Below are positions 9,863 through 15,925 of a DNA stretch of 48,727 nucleotides, piece by piece. The translations under genes were made by a program, and so were the position numbers. Source of the stretch: Chitinophagales bacterium (GTDB lineage Bacteria > Bacteroidota > Bacteroidia > Chitinophagales > Saprospiraceae); NCBI GenBank assembly GCA_038249605.1, contig JBBSDH010000001.1, forward strand, positions 1 through 48,727, given 5' to 3'. Position 1 is the stretch's first letter; every line of letters begins with the position of its first letter. A model generated the notes under the pieces. The model saw only the letters and a program-made list of their open reading frames with translations, did not search any database and had not been told where the DNA came from.

Positions 9863-10285
9863 ATGAAACAAATTCTCTTTGTTCTTGCTTTTGTTGCCCT
9901 CGGCACAACTTACGCAGTTGCCCAAAGCGGTCCTACCATGACCTTCGACGTAACAACCGTTGATTATGGCAACATCGATAAAGGCAGCGAGCCTCTGCGC
10001 AAATTCAAGTTCACCAACACGGGTAATGAGCCCCTCATCATCAAAAATGCCAAAGGCTCGTGTGGTTGCACCGTACCTAAATACCCGCAGGAACCCATCA
10101 TGCCCGGCGAAAGCAATTTCATTGAAGTTCGTTACGATACCCAGCGTGTAGGTGCTTTCAACAAAACCGTGACCATCACCACCAACGAAGCTGCAGATAC
10201 CAAAACCCTGACCATCAAGGGTGATGTTAAAGCTCCTGCTACCCAGGAAGTTGTTCCTGCAAGCAGCGGCGGCCTCAAACAGTAA
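9863..10285 (+). CDS. DUF1573 domain-containing secreted protein
   Basis: A signal peptide is present. The family-typical FKFTNTGNEPLII..AKGSCGCTVP..P..PGE motif is seen. Confidence 0.8.
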   Translation: MKQILFVLAFVALGTTYAVAQSGPTMTFDVTTVDYGNIDKGSEPLRKFKFTNTGNEPLIIKNAKGSCGCTVPKYPQEPIMPGESNFIEVRYDTQRVGAFNKTVTITTNEAADTKTLTIKGDVKAPATQEVVPASSGGLKQ

Positions 10286-10319
10286 TTTTCCTTTCGGAAG
10301 AATTTTGGTTTGACGATAC

Positions 10320-10356
10320 GACCCGTCCGGCGATACGCGCCGGGCGGGTCTTTTTT
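10320..10356 (+). terminator. Rho-independent terminator
   Basis: GACCCGTCCGGCG (10320-10332) pairs with CGCCGGGCGGGTC (10338-10350) around a 5-nt loop, followed by TTTTTT (10351-10356). Confidence 0.85.
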
Positions 10357-10370
10357 GTCTGTCTTGACCT

Positions 10371-10496
10371 GGATTTTAGGGATTTTCTGGATTGGGATTT
10401 TATTGGGATTTGGGGATTGGGATGATTGGATTGGATTTTGGGCCCTGGGCTTTGGTGTATGAATTAGGGTTTGGGAATTGGGTGCTTAGATGGGAG
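10371..10496 (+). repeat. G/T-skewed degenerate GGGATT(T) repeat tract
   Basis: About 125 nt are almost free of C and carry more than 10 GGG/GGGG runs spaced 3-9 nt apart (..GGGATTTTATTGGGATTTGGGGATTGGGATGATTGG..TAGGGTTTGGGAATTGGG..). Confidence 0.8.
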
Positions 10497-10654
10497 AAAA
10501 AAAAGATGCTTTTTGTCATAATCCAGGAACGGAAGCGACCTATAAAACGTTATTGAGAAAAAAAACAGCTGTCGTGCAACCTTTCGTTGTAACATCTTGT
10601 CTGTTAATTTGTCTTATTCGTCGGTAAAACGTTATCGTTAGCCAATATTACTGT

Positions 10655-10662
10655 TACTTTTG
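10655..10662 (+). promoter_or_regulatory. -7 promoter box TACTTTTG
   Basis: Exact TAnnTTTG match 22 nt upstream of ATG 10684. Confidence 0.45.
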
Positions 10663-10683
10663 TTCTGCTTCAAATCACAAACC

Positions 10684-10929
10684 ATGAAAAACAAAATCTT
10701 GCCCAAACACGTCTTATTGTTGGCTGCCGGCGTGGCTTTTTCCTCTTTTCTTTATGTGAACACCGATGCTTGTCTGAAAGCAACCTACGGATTGGAAAAT
10801 GAAGTCATGGTAAAAACAATGGCTTCGGAGGAAGAAGCCAAAGAAAGTGAGTGGAAAGTGCCCGAGGCTGCCGTTTTGATCAGCCTGGTCAAGTTTGTAG
10901 GAAAGTTTTTGCCCGTAGGCAAAGAATAA
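10684..10929 (+). CDS. Hypothetical small membrane/secreted protein (81 aa)
   Basis: The ATG is preceded by a canonical -7 box. The N-terminal hydrophobic segment is VLLLAAGVAFSSFLYV. I recognise no family. Confidence 0.4.
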   Translation: MKNKILPKHVLLLAAGVAFSSFLYVNTDACLKATYGLENEVMVKTMASEEEAKESEWKVPEAAVLISLVKFVGKFLPVGKE

Positions 10930-10935
10930 AAGTCC

Positions 10936-11517
10936 TTACCGAACCAATATTCCAACTCTGTCCCACCGCAGGATCAACCGCGATACGACGCTTCCAATGA
11001 GCATACCCAATACGGCGCCCGCCATTACATCCAAAGGGTAATGCGCGCCTACATACACCTGTGAAAATGCGATCAATGCCGCCCATCCAATAACGGCTGG
11101 CCGGATCCAACGCGCCATTGCGCCGAACAAGCCGATGACGTAAAATGCCGCGGCAAAATGGTTGGTTGCGTGCGAAGATGTAAAACTGTAACCTCCCCCG
11201 CAAGGCACCCTTTCCACCACCACCGCTTCGAGGGCGGGTTCGTTGCAGGGCCGCAGCCGCTGAACGTTTTTCTTGATGATCGAACTGCTTGTGAAATCGG
11301 CGATCCCTACGGCAAGTACCAAACCCAGGACCACCAGCCAGCCACGCTTTCCAAAATTCAAAACCGTAAAAGCAACAAGGAAAACATAAGCCGGCGCCCA
11401 GAACCAACGTTCGCGGCACCAGGGCAACACTGCGTCAAACAAGGCATTGCTCATCCCGGCATTCACGGCCTGGAATACGGCGGTATCCCAACCATTGAGG
11501 ACCGTCCACCAACTCAT
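10936..11517 (-). CDS. PAP2-family phosphatase (membrane)
   Basis: The acid-phosphatase motifs are KKNVQRLRP, SFTSSHA and YVGAHYPLDV. Multiple TM segments are present. Confidence 0.85.
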   Translation of the reverse strand: MSWWTVLNGWDTAVFQAVNAGMSNALFDAVLPWCRERWFWAPAYVFLVAFTVLNFGKRGWLVVLGLVLAVGIADFTSSSIIKKNVQRLRPCNEPALEAVVVERVPCGGGYSFTSSHATNHFAAAFYVIGLFGAMARWIRPAVIGWAALIAFSQVYVGAHYPLDVMAGAVLGMLIGSVVSRLILRWDRVGILVR

Positions 11518-12269
11518 AGGCTTGTTGTTTTTTCAGCGATAAGAATAAGCCGGAGCGAAACCTCCGGATCGAAAGCCTCAAGATCATAGGATCCGAAACG
11601 TTTGCATACGTTTAATCCTGCCTTGGTACACAATGACTCCAAATCTTCCAGGGTGAACAGGCGTACTTTTTCTTGAAAATGGTATTCCTGACCTTTGCTG
11701 TTGAACGCTACGGTTTTGATCACATACCCTTCCAACAAACACCGTTTGATGCTGAAAGTGATGCCGTCGACGATTTTTTCTTCCTGCATGACCAATTGAT
11801 CGCGCACGTGATTTTCGTTGAAAAAATCCAACAGAAAACGTCCACCCGGTCGAAGACCAGCCGCCACGTTTTTCAACGACCTAAGGTGATCAAGGTCGTT
11901 GTCGAAATAGCCAAAAGAGGTAAAAAAGTTCATAACCGCATCGAAATAACGGATTCGAAATGGCAGGCGCATGTCGTGTTGGTAAAACGCGAGGTTATCG
12001 CTTTCGTACTGCCTTGCAAAACCGATGCTTGCTTCGGAAATATCCAGCCCGGTAACATCAAACCCTTTTTCCGCCAGGTACAAGGCATGGCGACCTTTGC
12101 CACAGGCAAGATCGAGTACGCGCGCGCCTTCGGGCAGCTGAAGCGCCTGCAACAAGCCGTCGATGGCCCCTCGCGCCTCATTATCGTCGCGATCCTTGTA
12201 CAATGTATGGTAATAAGGTGAGTCAAACCAGGATGTAAACCACTCTTTTTGCACAGTTTCGGTATTCAT
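11514..12269 (-). CDS. Class I SAM-dependent methyltransferase
   Basis: Motif I is VLDLACGKGRHALYL, with an acidic loop GFDVTGLDIS. There is a 4-nt ATGA overlap with the downstream PAP2 gene. Confidence 0.85.
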   Translation of the reverse strand: MNTETVQKEWFTSWFDSPYYHTLYKDRDDNEARGAIDGLLQALQLPEGARVLDLACGKGRHALYLAEKGFDVTGLDISEASIGFARQYESDNLAFYQHDMRLPFRIRYFDAVMNFFTSFGYFDNDLDHLRSLKNVAAGLRPGGRFLLDFFNENHVRDQLVMQEEKIVDGITFSIKRCLLEGYVIKTVAFNSKGQEYHFQEKVRLFTLEDLESLCTKAGLNVCKRFGSYDLEAFDPEVSLRLILIAEKTTSL

Positions 12270-12316
12270 GCGGGTAAGTTAAAACGGGTTTTTTACATTG
12301 GCGGTCAAAAGATGGT

Positions 12317-12997
12317 ATGGAAATTTTGATCGTGGCCGCAACGCCTTATGAAATAGCGCCTTTGATGGGCTGGCTGGAAAGCAATGGCGTTCCCGATGCA
12401 AAGGGAAGATTCGTCGTCGGGGAGTCTACATTCGAGGTCATGGTAACTGGCATCGGGCCCGTAGCCACCACCTGGGCACTCGCCAGCCGATTCCATGCCT
12501 CTCCCCTGCCCCACCTGTGCATACAGGCTGGTATCGCAGGCGCCTTCGATCCCGCTTTGAACCTTGGAGACGTGGTGCATGTGGCTTCGGAACGCTGGGG
12601 GGACGTGGGTATTGAGGAAGCCGACGGAAGTTTTACCGATGTGTTTGAGCTCGGACTCACTGAAGCCAACGAACCGCCGTACATCAACGGCATACTTCAC
12701 AATCCAGCCGCAGTGGTGTACGATTTTTTACCCACTGCCCGCGGACTCACCGTGAGCCGCGTACATGGCACCGAAACTTCCATCGAAGCCATAAAAACCA
12801 AATACCCCGATGTGGGCGTTGAAAGTATGGAAGGCGCGGCGTTTTTTTTCGCCTGTCTTCAATCGGGCGTGTCGTTCGTGGAAATCAGAAGCATCTCCAA
12901 CCGTGTAGAAAAGCGCAACCGGGAAGCCTGGGATCTGCCGCTGGCTATAGATAAGTTGAATGATGTGGTGATTGAGATGTTGGGGTCGTTGGTGTAG
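12317..12997 (+). CDS. mqnB: Nucleoside phosphorylase-fold protein, most likely futalosine hydrolase
   Basis: At 226 aa, with MEILIVAATPYEIAPL..VTGIGPVATT..IQAGIAGAF..ESMEGAAFF, it matches my memory of the MqnB/MTA-nucleosidase family pattern. Confidence 0.65.
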   Translation: MEILIVAATPYEIAPLMGWLESNGVPDAKGRFVVGESTFEVMVTGIGPVATTWALASRFHASPLPHLCIQAGIAGAFDPALNLGDVVHVASERWGDVGIEEADGSFTDVFELGLTEANEPPYINGILHNPAAVVYDFLPTARGLTVSRVHGTETSIEAIKTKYPDVGVESMEGAAFFFACLQSGVSFVEIRSISNRVEKRNREAWDLPLAIDKLNDVVIEMLGSLV

Positions 12998-13024
12998 TCG
13001 ACAGTCGACAGTCGGCAGTCCGAA
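12997..13024. repeat. Heptanucleotide tandem repeat (GTCGACA GTCGACA GTCGGCA GTCCGAA)
   Basis: Four consecutive heptamers begin on the last base of the mqnB-like TAG stop. The last unit equals the GTCCGAA repeat at 13316. Confidence 0.85.
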
Positions 13025-13031
13025 AACATGT

Positions 13032-13303
13032 GTCATCGCGAATTTTTTCAGGGTGACCCATTTTTCAACTGGTTAACGAGCAGCGCTTCACGCGCGTAGC
13101 GCACACGTACTCCGGAGCTCCATCTCCGGAGCACTCCACGACGCGCAATAAGTAATAATTAAACGTAAGGCATGCAGTTTGATGTGGCGTTGTGTTTTCC
13201 CTGGTAAAGAGCGCTCCGGAGCAGGAGCTCCGGAGTACATGCGCGCTGCGCGTTGTCTGCTGACCGGTTTAAACTTGGGTCACTCTGAAAAATTCGGGAT
13301 GAC
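13032..13303. mobile_element. 272-nt foldback / MITE-like element (long imperfect inverted repeat)
   Basis: The left arm 13032-~13137 aligns to the reverse complement of ~13208-13303 at roughly 80% identity by eye. The outer ends are GTCATCGCGAATTTTTTCAGGGTGACCCA vs GTCATCCCGAATTTTTCAGAGTGACCCA. A perfect core GTACTCCGGAGCTCC sits at 13107-13121 and 13229-13243. The loop is about 70 nt. There is no internal credible ORF. Confidence 0.45.
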
Positions 13304-13315
13304 TCGTACGTTAAA

Positions 13316-13336
13316 GTCCGAAGTCCGAAGTCCGAA
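13316..13336. repeat. Heptanucleotide tandem repeat (GTCCGAA x3)
   Basis: Three perfect copies lie immediately right of the foldback element. Confidence 0.85.
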
Positions 13337-13424
13337 AGCGTGCCCAATCTTTTGTTTTACAAACAATTGGGCATTCTTTTTTATTGAAATATTAAACGCA
13401 ACGCCGACTCCGAACGCCAAACTT

Positions 13425-14756
13425 TTACTCTTCAACATCTTCAAAAACAACCCCGAAGTTCTGCAATTCCGCCATCACTGGTTCGTATACTTCCGGCATG
13501 ATGGGGATGTTGACGCCTGTGGGCGAAATTTTTCCCTGCAACAGGAGATTGACGAAGATGCCGAGTGGGAGTCCCACCAGTTTCGACATGGCGGTATGTT
13601 CGGCGTCGTCGCCTTTCATGACCAGCGTGGAGGTGAGTTTTTTCTTTTTACGTCCAATTTCGTATTCAAATACATGTTGCATGATGACCATATCGCGGTC
13701 TTTGGGTTGGAGGGCCCATTTTTCAAGCAACATGTTTTCGAGGATCAGCGATGGTGTGGCGTTGTTGATTTTGATTCGTTTTTTGCTAAAAAGTCCGAGC
13801 CACTCCAGTTTTTGCATGATTTCGCTACCGGGTTCGGTTTCGACCAGTTTCGCGATGCGGTCTTTCACCGAGCCGGTGTGCTGGCTGATGCCGAGGAAGG
13901 CTTCCATAAGGTCGTGGTACGTGAGCTTGTCGGAATCGACGATGGGGAAAGTAGCATCGGTGAGGCCGATGCGCACCAGGGCATTCCAGGCGTCGCAGAA
14001 ACCGAGGTGGCGTATGGTGCCGCGCAGGAGGGTTTTGATGTCCTGCAAACCATAGGCATCGCGGTACATCATGGAATCGCGGTTGGCGTACATTTCCCAT
14101 TTCCCCAAACCTGGAATATCGATGATGCGGTATTGGCGGAAGATGCGGCGGTAGGGGATGTATTTCAGTTTGCCGTCTTCGAGGAATTGTGCGGTACCCT
14201 GGCCAGCGAGCACCACGTTTCGAGGGTTCCAGGAGAATTTGTAGTGCCAGGGATTGTCGTCGCTTTCCGGGGCCACAAGTCCGCCCGTGTACGAGTAAAA
14301 GGCGGTGATTTTGCCGCCTTTGTTTCGGATGCCGTTGATGCGTTGCATGGCGCTCATGTGGTCGATGCCGGGGTCGAGGCCCAATTCGTTCATAAACACA
14401 AGCGCGCGTTGCCGGGCTTCATCGCCGAGGCGGAACACCTGTTTGGAGACGTAGCTTGCGGTCACCATGTGTTTTCCGAGCACGATGCAGTCCTGGGCAA
14501 CTTCCAGGTGCATTTGTGGAGGAAGCAGGGAAACCACTACATCGTGGCGTTGGATGACGTCATGGCGGTCGCTGGGTTTGGAGGCGTCGAGCCAGATGGC
14601 GCGGCCGTTGGGGTGGTTGTTTACCTTGCGTTGTGCCAGTTCGATGCTGGCGTTTGCTACGGTAATGAAAAAGTTGTGCTTTTTGCCCTGATCCAGGATG
14701 TAATTGATGAGGGCGGTTGCCGAGCGTCCGGCGCCTATGATGAGCAGATTTTTCAT
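13425..14756 (-). CDS. Saccharopine dehydrogenase family protein (NAD(P)-binding)
   Basis: At 443 aa, it has an N-terminal Rossmann motif MKNLLIIGAGRSATAL and family-like length and blocks (LPPQMH, GLDPGIDHM). Confidence 0.85.
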   Translation of the reverse strand: MKNLLIIGAGRSATALINYILDQGKKHNFFITVANASIELAQRKVNNHPNGRAIWLDASKPSDRHDVIQRHDVVVSLLPPQMHLEVAQDCIVLGKHMVTASYVSKQVFRLGDEARQRALVFMNELGLDPGIDHMSAMQRINGIRNKGGKITAFYSYTGGLVAPESDDNPWHYKFSWNPRNVVLAGQGTAQFLEDGKLKYIPYRRIFRQYRIIDIPGLGKWEMYANRDSMMYRDAYGLQDIKTLLRGTIRHLGFCDAWNALVRIGLTDATFPIVDSDKLTYHDLMEAFLGISQHTGSVKDRIAKLVETEPGSEIMQKLEWLGLFSKKRIKINNATPSLILENMLLEKWALQPKDRDMVIMQHVFEYEIGRKKKKLTSTLVMKGDDAEHTAMSKLVGLPLGIFVNLLLQGKISPTGVNIPIMPEVYEPVMAELQNFGVVFEDVEE

Positions 14757-14994
14757 ACAGGGTAAGTGTTGTCTGGACGTAAAGTTAGGGCCGGGAAGTC
14801 AATAATTCAACGTGGCTATGATTTTTCGGAGGGTTGTGTGGGGCCAAAGTGACGTGTAGCTGACATAACAGCAATGAAACCAAAGGGTAAAAGCTCCAAA
14901 CATCTCTGTTGGTAATTCACATTTATATGGTTATTTTTAAATTTATTTTATTGTATAAAAGCAATTTACAAATTTATAATAAAATATATATTTA

Positions 14995-15055
14995 TCCACA
15001 ACAGGGTAAAAATGTAATTCTGTAGGAGGTTGCGAAGCAGCACATTTGTAACATG
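14995..15055 (+). promoter_or_regulatory. 61-nt upstream module, copy A (CACAACAGG..TGTAATT..GCACATTTGTAACAT)
   Basis: It is 41/61 identical without gaps to 15529-15589. The ACATTTG element resembles the -7 box TAnnTTTG. Confidence 0.4.
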
Positions 15056-15103
15056 AAAAAACACACATGTCCGGCCTAAAGAGGTTGGAGTCGTGTTTTG
15101 GAC

Positions 15104-15117
15104 ATGTTCATGGGATT
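15104..15117 (+). repeat. 14-nt motif copy 1 (ATGTTCATGGGATT)
   Basis: One of four same-strand copies in the ORF-free gap. A 9-bp hairpin at 15147-15167 follows, with a weak TTT tail. Confidence 0.8.
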
Positions 15118-15181
15118 TACTTCCAGACGCAAAGAAAAGCCCGGGGAGCCGCTTAGAGTAAGCGGCTTTCCGCTTGCGCCT

Positions 15182-15211
15182 AAAAAAAAAGGTCGACCGA
15201 GATGGTCGACC
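15182..15211 (-). terminator. Minus-strand intrinsic terminator with no annotated gene to terminate
   Basis: GGTCGACC (15191-15198) pairs with GGTCGACC (15204-15211). The hairpin is followed on the minus strand by T9 (15190-15182). Confidence 0.5.
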
Positions 15212-15230
15212 CCCATTTCCTTACCGGAGA

Positions 15231-15244
15231 ATGTGCATGGGATT
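15231..15244 (+). repeat. 14-nt motif copy 2 (ATGTGCATGGGATT)
   Basis: It has one substitution relative to copies 1 and 4. It lies 20 nt right of the minus-strand terminator. Confidence 0.8.
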
Positions 15245-15371
15245 ACAACGGGCTAATGCCATAAGAGTGGATTAAAGTTATGGCTAATTTCAGGCTACTG
15301 GTCTATTGTATGGCCCAAAAGTAGGATACAATTCCCGATGCTACAAACATCCGGGATAAAAAAATTGAATA

Positions 15372-15385
15372 ATGTTCATGGGTTT
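15372..15385 (+). repeat. 14-nt motif copy 3 (ATGTTCATGGGTTT)
   Basis: It is followed after 10 nt by the terminator at 15396-15432. Confidence 0.8.
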
Positions 15386-15395
15386 TTACCCTTTT

Positions 15396-15432
15396 AGAAA
15401 GCCGCAACTACCGCGACGCGGCTTTCTTTTTT
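15396..15432 (+). terminator. Rho-independent terminator
   Basis: AGAAAGCCGC (15396-15405) pairs with GCGGCTTTCT (15418-15427), followed by a T-run to 15432. Confidence 0.8.
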
Positions 15433-15528
15433 ATTAAAGGCGCCTCCGCTGGTTCACAAAGTAACCTTTAAAACCACGCTAAAAACCAAACATTCAAATC
15501 TTTACGTATTTGATGTTGCAAAAAAGTC

Positions 15529-15589
15529 TTCACAACAGGCAAATTTTGTAATTGTGGAGTCTGTAACCTTGTTGCACCTTTGTAACATC
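15529..15589 (+). promoter_or_regulatory. 61-nt upstream module, copy B (CACAACAGG..TGTAATT..GCACCTTTGTAACAT)
   Basis: Paralogue of 14995-15055 (41/61 ungapped). Confidence 0.4.
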
Positions 15590-15736
15590 AAACTTTAACA
15601 TTTTTCACTCATTAAATTTGCAGTGTCCATGTGTAAGCCTGTTACAATTAAGATTCAGAACGGTACCATCCGTGTTGCCAACGCGCACTAATCGCCCCCA
15701 AAAAACAGCTTACTCCAATAAGACCTACTTTCGAAA

Positions 15737-15750
15737 ATGTTCATGGGATT
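15737..15750 (+). repeat. 14-nt motif copy 4 (ATGTTCATGGGATT)
   Basis: It is followed after 10 nt by the terminator at 15761-15797. Confidence 0.8.
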
Positions 15751-15760
15751 ATAATGTTGA

Positions 15761-15797
15761 AGAAGTCCTGCCAAATGTGGCAGGACTTCTTTTTTTG
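15761..15797 (+). terminator. Strong rho-independent terminator
   Basis: A 13-bp perfect stem AGAAGTCCTGCCA (15761-15773) / TGGCAGGACTTCT (15778-15790) with a 4-nt loop is followed by T7. Confidence 0.9.
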
Positions 15798-15826
15798 TGC
15801 CCAACGCTTTTGTGACGGTCACAGCG

Positions 15827-15834
15827 TACTTTTG
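15827..15834 (+). promoter_or_regulatory. -7 promoter box TACTTTTG
   Basis: Exact match 92 nt upstream of ATG 15926. Confidence 0.45.
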
Positions 15835-15925
15835 CGATCAGGATTAAACCGATTTGCAAGATTTTCAGGATTGATCCGGTTTTAAATCACAAGCCACGAC
15901 TTTTACAGGACACCTACTGCACCTG

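Noticed and set aside
10371-10496. Telomere-like (TTAGGG / TTTAGGG) repeats, or a Gly/Trp-rich peptide gene encoded by the GGATTT tract
   Set aside because: Only isolated TTAGGG-like words occur, with no regular telomeric period, and this is a bacterial chromosome context. The possible 44-aa ORF from ATG 10423 is a by-product of the low-complexity repeat and has no promoter or family support.
13179-14765. 528-aa + strand ORF spanning the foldback element and the saccharopine-dehydrogenase locus
   Set aside because: It starts inside the non-coding palindrome and runs antisense to a well-supported Rossmann-fold gene. The translation is compositionally biased and lacks motifs.
14913-15000. Possible replication origin: a perfect DnaA box TTATCCACA (14992-15000) and a 7/9 box (14913-14921) bracket a ~70-nt very AT-rich tract
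   Set aside because: There is only one consensus box. A 9-mer has a substantial chance expectation in about 97 kb of two-strand sequence. The perfect box overlaps the duplicated 61-nt module, whose second copy reads TCTTCACA, so it more likely belongs to that element. No dnaA or dnaN and no box cluster are present, and I cannot compute GC skew here. It is still worth a look if genome-wide skew flips near this locus.
15618-15815. 65-aa ORF in the ORF-free gap
   Set aside because: It reads straight through the strong terminator hairpin (15761-15797) and across the conserved motif in a different frame from the other copies. It has no upstream promoter-proximal context. It is probably fortuitous.
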